40,531 nt of DNA, taken from contig JBOZIK010000001.1 of NCBI GenBank assembly GCA_051453625.1, positions 5,979,688-6,020,218 on the forward strand. Direction: 5' to 3'. Under the pieces are notes generated by a model. The model was not told the origin of the DNA, did no database searches, and was given only the letters and a program-made list of their open reading frames with translations. Position 1 is the first letter of the stretch. Each line of letters begins with the position of its first letter. The DNA comes from Welwitschia mirabilis. Taxonomy: Eukaryota. Position numbers and translations under genes: made by a program. Positions 1 to 13,328 of the stretch are shown here, piece by piece.

Positions 1-406
1 GCAAAGAAAAAATCCAAGAGAAAATTTAGAAGGTTACTCATATATTTTCAATCTTTGTCCATTAACTTTCTAAATTTCTTTAGTGGTTAAGTCAAAAATC
101 TCAATAGAGCCATTAGAACATACTTTTTCAAATAAAAAATAAGGACCTAAACATAAATTAATTTATTACTAAAAAATTAAAACCAAAATCATAAAAACAT
201 AAAAGCAAAAAAATAAAGCATCAAAGCAAATAAATTTTATTCTAAGTCCTAGAATCTATTCAAACACTTTAAAAAGGAATAAAAAGAAAAGGATTTGTTT
301 TTATGCTCCTAGGATATTGCATTCTTTTGGAGAAATAAGACCCAAACTAAATATTCACCAATTGATAAAACATAAAAGATATATGATTGTTTTTAAGTAG
401 AATCAA

Positions 407-2923
407 CTAGAGGAAAAGAGAGATAGAAAATAAATCTTTATGAGACCACATAAGCACATGAGTTTTAGAAGTCAAAAGGGAGATTAATATTGACCCTTGT
501 TCAAATAAAAGATTTTCATTAATTATAAGAGGTTTATTTTCATTATTAAAAAGAAAAATATACTTTAGTCCACTAGGAAGATTTTTCAAATTTAAACTAA
601 AATTTTCGGTCTCTAGCTTATGTAGTGAATAATCTCTCTTAAGGAATGTGTTTTTATTTAATAGTTGGACTTTCTTGTAATATAAATATTTTATTTATTT
701 TTTATTTTGATCTAAAGACTCATGCCCAAAGTTGGATGTATCAAGAACTTCTACATTCTTAATTTCAAGTGGGTCATTGTAAAACATAGGCTTGTGTAAT
801 ATTAGCCCTCTTTCTTCAAGGGAATGATGTTGAAGGAATAAAGTTGATTTGATTTTACTTTCTATGTTCATCTTTCTCAGCTACATCAAAAACTCTAATT
901 ATAAATGTTTTATTTGCTAGATGACACTCTATCATTCCAATTCTTGTGTCAATAATGCAATGGGCTATTGCAAATATTTTGCAAATGTGTAATGGAATGA
1001 TGTTAACACTTACTCTAATGCTGATTAAAGCTTTACTAATATTTTCATTTCCCTTTAATGTAACATTGACCATTAATACTCCTAAATCTTTAAATTTTAG
1101 AGTTGTTTTAAATTCATGAGAGATTAAGCTAAACAGACTTTGCTAAGGATAACTCATTTTTTTTTTTTATTGTTAAGTCTTTCCATAGCTTTGAGTACCC
1201 TATATTTTGTTGTAAAATTTTTCAGAAGAGTAGGTTTATGCTTATATTTTTTTATCAAGAATTTTAGATGTTCATTAACAATTGAATTAGTATTAAGCCT
1301 ATCAAGGCAAAAGGTAGATGGTTGCTTTTGTGAAGAGTTTTTCTTTTTATTTTACTAAGAGAAGGAAAGTAATAATCTTCTAATATTTTGACGTCCTCTT
1401 CTTCCTTATCATTTAAGTGTCAGAGATTGATGCTTTATAGGGAGGAGGGTTTACTTCATGTCCACTTCATATTACAACCTTATAGTTTCTTCTTACTTCA
1501 TTAGAATTTTGGAGAGGTCGTGTTGCCAATGATCCTTATGATCTTTGATTTGCCAACATGGTTTGTTGAAGGATGTTTACTAAGTTTATAATGTTATCAT
1601 TTTGTTTCTCTTATAATTTTGTAAGGTTAACAATAGAGTTTTTAAGAGAATCATCTTAATGTTAGAAATTTAATGGACTTAGTTGAAAATTTGAATTTTT
1701 GAATCAACTTTTAAAAGGTTAAAAATTATTTTAAAAATGTGTATTCCACCCCAGGTTGTGCTTTATTTTGATTTCTAAAGTTTGAAAATGTTTGATTAAA
1801 ATCATAAACTTATTCATATATTTTCTTTTTGTATGTTGGCAATAGTGGACAATCCTCAATAATGTGATAATTGTCCTCACATAAGTCATATGTTAATACA
1901 ACATTTTTTTTAGTTACTAATTTAGCATCTAAAATCATTTAAATATATCTCTATAGAGTTGTTATGGAATTTTTAATCATATTTATAGTGCTGTGATTAA
2001 CCTTCTTTTCTTGTTAAACTTCTTTTAAATCATTGATGAGTTATCCTATAGTGCAGTTTTCTTTTGATGTTTATCAAGTTTGATTTACCTCCATAAATTC
2101 TTCTAATATTTTTCAATCATTATCTAATGTAAAGTTCATAAGGTTTCCACCATAAGAGAAGTCTACAAGTTATTTTCTTTCATGGTTTGACCCATTGTAA
2201 AAGTAGCTAACTAGTTCTTCTTATGTGAAAGTAACTATTGGATTAGAATGGGTTGCAATAAATAAGCATTCATATGTGGAAGCATAATCTTCATTTGGTT
2301 GTTGTTGAAAGTTTGTCATTTCATTTTTTCGTTTTCTAATGGTTCTTTCACTCATAACTCTTTTAGTGAAGGCTTTTTAGACTTGATTTCAAATCTTTAG
2401 ACTTTTGTGGAGTATAGTTTTTAGCCAAAGTTTTACTCTTCCTTTCAATATTATGGGAAAGATTACTATATATGTTCTATCACTAATTCTATTCTTTCTG
2501 TTTCTAGAGCGAAGAATTAATTGTTCTATGTCTATAATGTGTTGGAAGGAATTCTCATCATATTTATCATTAAATACTAAATAGGCATTTAGGTTCTTTA
2601 ACTCAACATCATCTCCTAATGGTAAATCGAAAGGGGTTTGAATTTCTCATTTCCTATTTACTAGTAATTTCCTTAAGGGTAAGATTTGCATTAAGAATAA
2701 AGGTTGAAAACTCTACAACTTGTTTTTGCTTTTTTGCAATGCTTAAAATTGTAAAATTACCTTCTTCTAGACTATCTTCTAAAAAAATTTCTTAAATAGG
2801 ATCAGATTTAAAAAAAAAATTAAAAGGAATATTGTACATACTTGGAGATTATTTTTCTGATTTGATTTCCAAGTCCACTAGTCATTCTTTGATGTTCTCT
2901 TCTATTAACAATCTTTCTCTCTA
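407..2923 (-). pseudogene. Degenerate gag-protease of element A
   Basis: HNLGWNTH at ~1740-1763 (cf. Athila YNPGWRNHPN); LKFKDLG at ~1081-1100 (cf. PKLKDPG); KALISIRVSVNIIP (cf. ALxDLGASVNLMP); ORF 407-589 LKNLPSGLKYIFL..PLII..EQ..WSHKDL resembles the Athila pre-RT linker LKPLPxHLKYxFL. Many stops and frameshifts. Confidence 0.8.
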
Positions 2924-3397
2924 ANNNNNNNNNNNNNNNNNNNNNNNNNNNNNNNNNNNNNNNNNNNNNNNNNNNNNNNNNNNNNNNNNNNNNNNNNNNN
3001 NNNNNNNNNNNNNNNNNNNNNNNNNNNNNNNNNNNNNNNNNNNNNNNNNNNNNNNNNNNNNNNNNNNNNNNNNNNNNNNNNNNNNNNNNNNNNNNNNNNN
3101 NNNNNNNNNNNNNNNNNNNNNNNNNNNNNNNNNNNNNNNNNNNNNNNNNNNNNNNNNNNNNNNNNNNNNNNNNNNCAAAAATAGAAGGTAAAAAGCAAAA
3201 CATAAGTGGTCATCCATCTTTTTGTGCGACGATAGGGAGGACAACAATTATTATTGTAGGCTATAAAAAACTGAAAAAATGAAAATCAAAAATTAAAAAT
3301 TCCTAATTAAAAATATAATGTTGCTATAAATAAATAACTGAATAGAAATCTGATTTACTCATCCAAATGGTGACAATCCTCATGTTTCTTATTAGCC

Positions 3398-3419
3398 TTT
3401 CCTAGAAACAATGCCAATA
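3398..3419 (-). promoter_or_regulatory. Primer-binding site of element A (tRNA-Asp type, decayed)
   Basis: Minus strand CA-tat-TGGCATTGTTTCTAGGA versus Athila PBS TGGCGCCGTTGCCGGGGA, directly after the LTR-terminal CA. Confidence 0.7.
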
Positions 3420-4816
3420 TGTTGTAGTTCATATTTTGCAACTGCACATCTTACTACAATTCCTATTAATCAAAATATATAGATTATAAAATGTAAAGTC
3501 TAGTATAAATGAGAGTAACTCAAATGACGTAAACCATTAAAGAATTACGATAGGAGGATGAGAATTGATTTTCATAAAGAATATTATAACCAAAACTTAA
3601 AAATGGTGTAGAAAATAAAGATGTAATGCGATGCAAATGTGACAAAATCTACATGTAATGCAAAATAAATTATAAACCTATTTTATTTAGACTTTCCCAA
3701 GATTGCCCATAAGACCTATATCATCAATGAAACTATAACCAGATCAAGGAGAACATAAATCATAAGGGAAATATAATAGAAGTAAATGCATAATTAAAAC
3801 AAATTTTTTGTATTAAGATAGAACCAACATCTGGATTACAAAATATTTAAGCCTTAATGGAGAATGCACCACTAAGGAAATGTCTTTTTACAACTTGTGA
3901 GATGAATCTCTTGTCCTTCAATCTCCTATCACGAGATTTTTTAGTGCATTGAAGATAAAGAGGAGAGTCAAAGGAGTGTCTTATTTATACAGTTGAGAAA
4001 TAAATTTGACACATAAAAGACACTGCAAAATGCACTTAATTACAAGAAAGGAACAAATAAAATAGATAAAGATTAGCTGGCGATTACAACTATCATTCTA
4101 GCTATCATTTGGATGACATGAATGGACAACAACCCTTAAGAAAGGATAACCTAGTAGTTTCATCTTTAGTCCATGTTAGTATTCACATGTGGCATCTATA
4201 ATATCATTGTCTTAGCTATCATGGAGATGACAAAGGAGATGGCAGATCCTTTTGTCTTCTTCACTAGAGAGAAGTCTTTCTTTTGCATCAGTGATTTTCC
4301 TTCAAAGTCATATACATAATAATGTGTCTTAAATTCGTCAAGAATTGTATATTTTTGAGATCTTTTATAATTCTCCATAATCCTTAGAACTGCATCTAAA
4401 CTTGNNNNNNNNNNNNNNNNNNNNNNNNNNNNNNNNNNNNNNNNNNNNNNNNNNNNNNNNNNNNNNNNNNNNNNNNNNNNNNNNNNNNNNNNNNNNNNNN
4501 NNNNTCAGTCCATGTTAGTATTCACATGTGGCATCTATAGTATCATTGTCTTGGCTATCATAGAGATGACAAAGGAGATGACAGATCCTTTTGTCTTCTT
4601 CACTAGAGAGATGTCTTCCTTTTACATCAGTGATTTTCCTTCAAAGCCATATACATAATAATGTGTCTTAAATTCTTCTAATCATGCCAAGAATTATATA
4701 TTTGGAGATCTTTTATAATTTTCCATAATCCTTAGAACTGCATCTAAACTTGTGCAAATGTCTTGAAAAATAGCTCATAAAACCCCATCAAATACACATA
4801 ATTTGGTAGTGCATCA
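3420..4816 (-). repeat. 5' LTR of element A (contains a 100-N gap with duplicated flanks)
   Basis: Starts TGATG (4816) and ends CA (3420) next to the PBS; TATAAATA at 3989-3982; patchy similarity to the LTR of element C (e.g. ctgtcatctcctttgtcatctc vs ctgtcatcccctcagtcatttc). Confidence 0.7.
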
Positions 4817-6452
4817 AAGATGAGTATGGGATTATATCTAAGTAAGGTAGAATAAACATTATGCCTAGATTAGCTTCAAATAAGATTAAGAGATTAATTA
4901 AAATAACTCCTAATAAAAGGGGGAATAAGATAAAGTTAGAANNNNNNNNNNNNNNNNNNNNNNNNNNNNNNNNNNNNNNNNNNNNNNNNNNNNNNNNNNN
5001 NNNNNNNNNNNNNNNNNNNNNNNNNNNNNNNNNNNNNNNNNACAAAAGATGGAATAAGATAAAGTTAGAAGAACCTTTCAAAGAGATAAAAAAAGATTGT
5101 TAAAGAACTAATATTAATTTGAAAGAAAGAAATGATGAAAAATGAATCTTAGACATGATGTCATAATAGCCTTCTTAAATCTACAATAACTTATTAGTTT
5201 TATCATAAGATATTCTTAAGATTAAGATAATAGAACAAGGCCATTTCTCTTTATCATAAATAGATAATATTAATTTCAAGAAGAAGATTGTTAAGTATTT
5301 GCAAGTAAGCTCATAGCTTTAGGTTATCAAAGTTTGATTTCCATTTCATCATTCATCATAAATATCCATTAGTCACTATTACACTAAGNNNNNNNNNNNN
5401 NNNNNNNNNNNNNNNNNNNNNNNNNNNNNNNNNNNNNNNNNNNNNNNNNNNNNNNNNNNNNNNNNNNNNNNNNNNNNNNNNNNNNNNNCACTAAGCATCC
5501 ATCCAGCTTATATCACATCATTTCATTATGGATTTGTCCTATATATTACACTTAATTATTAGTCATCATGTATGATATTTTCTATTACCATTGCATTAAG
5601 ATTCTAAGTTTTAGTAAATTTAACATTTTATATAGTGCTACTTACAATATACATGACAATCATTATTAATGTAGATGATTTATCTCATTCACTTGTTATT
5701 TAACCTAGTAGATTCCATTATGTTTTTCCTTTAAAACCCAAAATGATAAGGATTTTGATAGAATTTACCATAAATTATGAAAAAGCCTAATAAAAAATAT
5801 AAATGATGATAATTTTAAATTTGATATAAATGATCTTAAATAAAATACTAATGTTACCATTGAATCCAAAACATCTACAAACCTAAGAAACAATTATTTA
5901 CTTTTTGAAAAGAGATTTTAAATAAGAAAGATATGGTTGGTCAAAGTCTAAGTAAACTAGCTAAAAAGGAAACTATGTTGATGATGGTAATATCACACCA
6001 TTAATTATGTAATATTCCATATTTAAAGTATAACACATCACCTACCATATAACTACACATCAATAGTAGGTGTAACTACCATTTCATTTGTAATATAAGC
6101 ATTACATTATAAATATGCCATCTTGATTAATAACTTAATATAGAAACTAATTATATTTATGCCTTCATAATTTTTTAGTAAAATAATTTTCTAATAATTT
6201 AATTCAAATTTTAAATTTTTATTAATGAATTAGTTTTTAACTATTTTTACTTTATCATAATCCTTTCATAATAAGAGTCCTCTCAATGATGGCATGATAA
6301 CATTTGTTATATATATAAATTATAATTTATAGGTTCTTAAAACTAAAATTTATTATTTTTTAGAGAAAAATGTAACTAAATGGAGATCAAATTATACTAA
6401 TATAAACAAAGTTAACTAAAAATAATCATTTATCCCTTCTATAATGTGATAA

Positions 6453-6990
6453 GATCTACATCTCAACCATTTTGCAATGCTACCTAAAAATAAACTAAAT
6501 ACAAAATAAATATCTAATTATAATGTGAAAAAATATTTGGTATATAGTGTAATAAATCATATTTTCAAAATTTATATGAGGCAAAATAAAGATCAATAAG
6601 AAATTAAAATGCAAAAATACTTCAATTTTTCATTAACTTCAAATGACAGATATCACTTTAATTTATAGACATGTTCATGTCAAATGGAATTAAACCTAAC
6701 TATAAATGATTGAAAATGATAAAAGTACAAGAATCCAATAAATAAGTAATCCTTATTNNNNNNNNNNNNNNNNNNNNNNNNNNNNNNNNNNNNNNNNNNN
6801 NNNNNNNNNNNNNNNNNNNNNNNNNNNNNNNNNNNNNNNNNNNNNNNNNNNNNNNNNAATGATAAAAGTACAAGAATCCGATAAATAAGTAATCCTTATT
6901 GAGTATATATATAAAATAAAATAAATAGTAAAACGATACATCTTTAATATCAACTCAAAGAAAACTCAATCTACATAAATGATGTAACAA
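6453..6990 (+). pseudogene. Possible Tat/Ogre-type gag remnant
   Basis: Translation through stops DLHLNHFAMLPKNKLNTK*ISNYNV...YMRQNKDQ*EIKMQKYFNFSLTSNDRYHFNL resembles the Ogre/Tat gag pattern DLxLxPxxxLPxxFK..Y..FxxSLTGxAxxWF. Weak, by-eye match. Confidence 0.35.
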
Positions 6991-8880
6991 ATAACTATCT
7001 AACTTGAATTTACTTAAAATATTAAACTAAATTTTAGGCAAATGATAAAAATGATGTCACATATTTTAATATTATTGAATAAGATAGAAAAATCTGAAAT
7101 AGTAAGGTTAAATAGTACTATTCCACCCTAAAGAGTATAACTATTATGCATGTCTTATTATTATTTTAATACATCCAGTTCAAAATGGGAACATTCTCTC
7201 TTTCAAGAAATCTAAAATGCTTAAAGGAAGACTTAGTAATTCAACCTACAACAAAAACCTCCTTAAAAAGAAGTTTTCATATGAAAAACACTTTTTCATA
7301 TCATAAATACTATAACAATAGGAATTATTAGTTGTATTACATATCTTGTAAGATCAAGATAAAAATGAACTATAGATTCTATAGTAGTAGGATCATATAA
7401 GTCTATTGTAGAGATTATACGAGATAAATAAATCTCATTTATATAATAAGAAAAGTGGTTTCAAAAACTTGTAATTAATTTAATTTTATATGAAAAGTTT
7501 TAAAAGTTTTCTTCATCAAATTTCTTTATTAGAATGTCAAATCTTTTCTTAAATAATTGAATAATATGCTGAAGTGATCACCTCATTTTACATAAGTTAT
7601 TTAACTTTGTAAACCCTAATATGAAATTGTTTTATCCTATTATGATGTACTATATTTTTTACTTTGCACATCATAGAGAAATTATTAATAAAACTCTTAC
7701 TTTTTTTAATTATACTTAAGTTCATTACTTCTAAAAGTTTTATCCACCACTAAATCTCTCCAACTAATTTATAGGCACTAGTATAGTCTACTCTAGTAAA
7801 TGATTAAATCATAATTCTCTAATACTTAGACCACTAAAATGAAGATGAAGTTAAATAGAATATATGCTAATGTTAATAATGGTACTTCTATATTTTGAGT
7901 GAATTCTAAATGGAAATATTCCTTTAAAACAAATTACAAATTTCAATTTCAGGTAGGATCTATTTATTTAATTTTCTTCAAATATTCTAGTATCCTTATA
8001 AAAAATTTAAATGGATCATCTTTGATGCATGAAGACATTAGAAGAGGATATCAACCACATAAGAAATATTAGGATTGCTATTAGTAAGACAGATGAGATT
8101 GAGCTTCAAAATTTTCTATGATGAGAAGAAGTATAAATCTTGGAAAAAGCAATATTTGAATTATGAAGTTTCTAAGAAAATGACATCATGAAAAGTAATA
8201 ATATTTTAATACCTAAAAATAGGCTTATGATATCATTTTTGTCTAGTTGAATACCATACAAAAACACCTATATGAGAATGTGCATAAAGTTTATTATGAT
8301 ATTTGCTTGGGGTATGAATACAACATTTAAATTCAACCACTAGATGATGTAAAAGTATTATCTTATGATCAAAACATTTTCTTATCAGAGATGGACCACA
8401 GGATTCATGAAATTACAAGTATACTCTAGTACTAATAGCTTCGTCTTATAAGTGTCTTTTTCAATTATTAAAATACATCATGAATAATGTCATATTCATA
8501 ATGGTATGATTAAAACATTTAGCCCCTCCATTCTGTTAATGTAGTCTAATGCATAACTTTAGATGTGTAATTCCTTCAAAAGAATGATAGTTATTCAACT
8601 CAGTTGAGATTTTTGCAACATCATTATTAGAATGAAATTTTTAATTTTACATTTATCCTAGTATTAGACATTATATTTAAATACTTTAAGTATATTCAAA
8701 TTTCAAAATTTTAATCTTATGTAACACATCTAGCTTATGCATGAAAAATAATCAATAAAAGATATGAGGTAGTAATCTACTTATAGCATAAAAATAGGCA
8801 TGGAACCACATAGTTAATTATTAATAAATAATAATTTGTAATTGTTTATTTAGTAACTTGTTGAAAAATGATGTTAATAA

Positions 8881-9328
8881 TCTTTATTCATGATGCATGC
8901 TTTAATTTGATGAAAATCATATTACATGATATGTATGAGATGATGAATGTTTGCATGCATTACATTTAGGAAGCAAGATCTAAAATGTCCCAAATAAGCA
9001 TGCTATAAAATAGAGGGAGGCATATAAGCTTAAGAAAAAGTATAAAAAATTTTGTAGATTTTAATAGAATCTTAAAAACACATGAGATTTCCATCCATGT
9101 ATTCATTATCCATGCTACATGCTTTAATTTAGGAAAAATATTATGAAATTATAGGTATGAGATGGTGAATGTTTACAAGCATTCCATTTAGGGAGTAAGG
9201 CCTCGAACGTTTCAAACAAGTAGTTCATAAAATAGAGGATGACATACAAGATTGATAAAAATTACATATAAATAATTTTATAAATTTTAACAAAACATTA
9301 AGAACACATGAAATTTCCATCCATGAAT
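8881..9328. repeat. Two diverged tandem copies of a ~220-bp unit
   Basis: Shared anchors in both units: catgctttaattt, gtatgagatg-tgaatgttt, ataaaatagagg, aacacatga-atttccatccatg (units ~8881-9101 and ~9102-9328). Confidence 0.85.
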
Positions 9329-11707
9329 CCCTTCATAAAAGCATTATCATAAGAGTCATTAATTTTAATTAAGTCTTTTATAATAGAGATTGAATGATCT
9401 TATCTCATAAGAGAAAATAAGAAGTGAAGATGCATGTGTGAGGGAGAAAAAAATAAAATATAATTAATTAAGATTAAAAAATAGATGATAATTTAAAAAT
9501 TATTTATCATTATCTTAATCTTAAACTAAAGTTCTATTTACAAGAAAAACTTAATTAGGTTTTGTTATAAACTTATTAAATAAATCATCATATATGACAT
9601 TTACTTTATAGAACTGGTATGAAAAACTTAGGATGCATCATGGGGAATATTCTCTTCTATATAAGAAAATTCATCACTCTAAGAGATTATGTTGGATTAA
9701 TAGCTTCTAGTTTAATTAGAGGAATTAAGATCATTAATAACTGCATTCATCTTAGGAATTGATTTGATTTTTTCTAAAGCACTTGACAATAACTAATAGT
9801 CTATGTTCTTATTCTCTATAATATAAAAACTAATACTTGTTATATTTAGAATTAGAATCGTATTTATTTACTTTCTTCTTTATCTATGACTAACATTGTT
9901 AAGAGTCAAAGTTTGTTACAATTTTTAAGAATCTTTTCCCTTATCATTAGGCTTGAAGTTGGGAGTACGCTACTTCTCTTAAAGATTTATAGCTTTAATC
10001 CATGAGATTATGATGCTTTATAAGTGGCATAATAGATGATTATTTAGTAAGATGAAACTAAGATTGAGTAGCTATAAGATCCTTACTTAGTGAATTACAT
10101 TTCATATTTAGTACTTGGTTACAACTCTATAAGAATAAAATGTAATTATGTAAAGATGAATATTTTAAAGAACATTTAATCAAGTTAACATAATGACTAT
10201 AAACTTAGCTTGCTAAGTATATTTCTATAATTTTTTCCTTAATAAAAGTATTTTTACACTTTTCATAATNNNNNNNNNNNNNNNNNNNNNNNNNNNNNNN
10301 NNNNNNNNNNNNNNNNNNNNNNNNNNNNNNNNNNNNNNNNNNNNNNNNNNNNNNNNNNNNNNNNNNNNNAATGACTATAAACTTGGCTTGCCAAGTATAT
10401 TTCTATAATTTTTTCCTTAATATAAGTATTTTTACACTTTTCATAATGCAATTTATTTAGGCTTGTAATAAGACTAATAATCTCAAATTATTTTTAACAT
10501 AAAAGGTATCCTACACAGTTGCGAGATTAGTGCAACCTGTTTTTACCTCTATTCAAACTCTTTTTATTCCAAGATGTAAGAAATTTATGCTTAATATTAG
10601 TTAATTTTATATTAATATAACTCCAAGTATTTTACTTATCTTCACTTAAAAATGATAATTATTGCTTATTAAATAAATCCTTATTAAATGCATAGATACA
10701 CATTATTAATATAAAATATTAATGTCAATCTTTCTAAGTCTTGTTATCCTAAATACTATTGTGTATGTTTGTCATAATTCTGGTCATCATTGTAAGAGTA
10801 GAATTTTCTAATACATCTAAAACTTATTCCTTGTTGTAAACATGATTAAAAATAAATAAGAAAAGTATTGATATGTTATGAGGTATAGTTAATTTTCAAT
10901 TAGATCTTATTGACATTCATGAAGTTAAATGATTTATCTATCACATAAAAGCACTTATTAAATTTACAATGATGTTGAGATAAGATCATCATAAAATTGT
11001 ATAGTCTACTTAAAAGGAATCATACTCTCATCCATCATTTAAATGGTCTATTTTAGTTACAATAATGTAAAAAATAATAATAAGATATGTAATTATAATG
11101 GAAACATCTATAATTTTAAAATATATCTTAGTCAGATTTACAATTAAAATGATCTATCTAAGCCATAATAAAGTGATAACCAATTAACGTGACTTTTAAA
11201 AATGTGTAAAACTAGCATGCATAAAATAATAGTAAATATAATTTTGTTATAAATTTTATGCATATCAGGTAGAGTTTTAAGTAAGGACCTAATATTATTA
11301 ATGTAATTAAGTAAAAGATTTGTCAAATTTAGGTCATTCTCTCAAATTGTCTAGTGAGAATTTCCATCTTAAGGGCTTTATCCTTAACCTAAAAACAAAA
11401 ATAAAAGGATAAATTATGAATTAAATAAGTAAAAAATCTAAATTATTAATTAATTTTAGTTACCATAGAAATATAACCTTCAAAGGAAGTTTGTAATGCA
11501 ATGTTGGTGATATACTTATACCTTGAATTCATTTAATTGATTAAAATTATTCTTGCTTATTTACTCGAGGATGAAATATAAGTAAAATCTACTACTATTT
11601 CTTTAGCCTTTATCTAATACACCCTTGATTAAGAAGTCAATACACCAAAATGTGCACCTTAGAATGCTTAAAAAGTTTTTGCTTAAGAAATATATGGCTC
11701 TCCATAT

Positions 11708-11758
11708 GACTTAAAATATACATTTATGGAGGACTTAAAATATACATTTATGGAGGAC
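11708..11758. repeat. Perfect 24-bp tandem duplication
   Basis: gacttaaaatatacatttatggag at 11708-11731 and 11732-11755, followed by gac. Confidence 0.95.
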
Positions 11759-12199
11759 AACATAATAAGTTGAAAGTATATCGTAACCTAATATGAATGT
11801 TTTTCTATAGATCCTTATGCCTATCATTAACTCAGACTTAATGTTAGTGAAAAGTAAAGTGTGCCTAAGGAGTGAGTAATTTCCAATATTAGTATTTCAT
11901 TTTATTAAGTTAAGAAAAGCTAATTTCATTAACATGAAATATTTACTAAGTGAGATGATGTTGTCCTCTTGAAATTCCATCATATATTAAACTATTATAC
12001 AAAATAAAGGATAACATAAATTAACAAGGTAGAATGTAAGAAATAAAAGTTTTAGGAATTTTCACATAATGCGATCCTACCTATTAAAATGGCCTCACAT
12101 ACAAAACAAGATAAAGTAAGAGATTAAGAAAAGATAAACTAAAGTAATTAATAAAAGTAATTAAAGAATTTAGATAGGAAATACTTGGTTTAAAAAATA

Positions 12200-12945
12200 C
12201 CTTATAGTATTTTGGCTATCATTCAATGTTTAGTGGACTAGATCTTAGTCTACATGATGGAAAGTAAACCATATGAAGTTTTTTCATCATCATCTTCACT
12301 AATAGGTATTTAACAACTTCTAATAAAATGTTTATTTCTTACACACTCTTTAAGGTAATGAAGTTATTCTCTTTGGATATTATTATGTATCTAACCATGC
12401 AAAGCTTTAATGATATCATGTGATGTTATTGAACCACATTCTTATAGCATACTAGAAGATATTTAAAAGTTTGAATGGGAATTTTATCAATTAATTTAGA
12501 TCTATGTTTGTAAACTTCAAGAGTGTTTTCCCTATATTAATGCTTTGTTTCTTAAATAAAGAGTTAATTTAGTATATGGGAGAATATTATTTCTTTTTTA
12601 TTTCTATATTAAGTGGGAAGAGATTGATCTGGTTACTTATTCTTAAGTGATTTATTTCTCTTCATGCAAGGAATAGCCTTATTAGCTCATTTCTTAGCAT
12701 CTAAGATTAACTTCTAATGTAGTAGAAGTCTAAGGTATTTGGAAATATGTAGATTTTGATTTAGAGAGATTAATGAATTATAGTTTGCTTAGGTATTCTA
12801 AGAAATTACAATGCTAGGATGGTATTACATAGTGATCAAATCTAGCTTTGCATGATAATATATCTTATCTTTTAATTTTTCTTTCATTATTTTTGATATC
12901 TTTTTTTTAATTTTTCTTTACTTAAGATCTTAAGCTTTCTTCCAT
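12200..12945 (-). pseudogene. Possible decayed env-like/accessory retrotransposon ORF
   Basis: ATG at 12945 followed by lysine-rich sequence; IYIFPNTLDFYY at ~12720-12752 loosely resembles the YPxLVxxFYxNL motif of plant env-like ORFs. Very weak. Confidence 0.25.
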
Positions 12946-13328
12946 AAAAATTAATGTATTTATTAAAATTTTTTTGAAAAAAATCATGATAAAAGCAAAT
13001 AATCTAGTGAAATACTTCTTTTACAAGAATTTAAATAAGAAATCAAGAATACTAATTAAGTGTCCATGTCTTAGAAACACAATGAAGGAAAATCAAAACC
13101 TTTTAGTATTCACATGATTTCAAAATTAAATTATATATAGTTTATCATTTCAAAGCTTAGGAACTATGCTTATAAAAGGGATGTCTTTAATAGATGTTTA
13201 TTTTTCAAGTAAACTAATTCTTTACCATAGAAGGATATGAATATATTATTAAAATTTGAACTCAATTGGAAACACTAAGGGTCATAGTTATGTAGCCCCC
13301 TTTCACTTGGATTGAGTATATTAAATGT

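Larger units (their letters stand above)
1..4816 (-). mobile_element. Element A: decayed Ty3/gypsy Athila-like LTR retrotransposon, apparently non-autonomous; 3' end runs off the window
   Basis: In minus-strand order: LTR (4816-3420), tRNA-Asp-type PBS, gag motifs, protease remnant, pre-RT linker (ORF 407-589), then T-rich non-coding sequence. Confidence 0.8.

Noticed and set aside
1140..1358. Plus-strand hydrophobic 72-aa ORF (likewise 14389-14649, 19167-19394, 30402-30623)
   Set aside because: Chance ORFs in T-rich sequence, mostly antisense to decayed retroelement coding regions.
9468..9524. AT-rich inverted repeat (ttaagattaa..atgataa / ttatcat..ttaatcttaa)
   Set aside because: Short and almost all A/T, so plausible by chance here; no TSD or MITE structure seen.
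10760..10802. Zinc-knuckle-like YVCHNSGHHC
   Set aside because: Needs a frameshift, lacks the last Cys and has no supporting gag motifs nearby; 9500-11400 remains unassigned.
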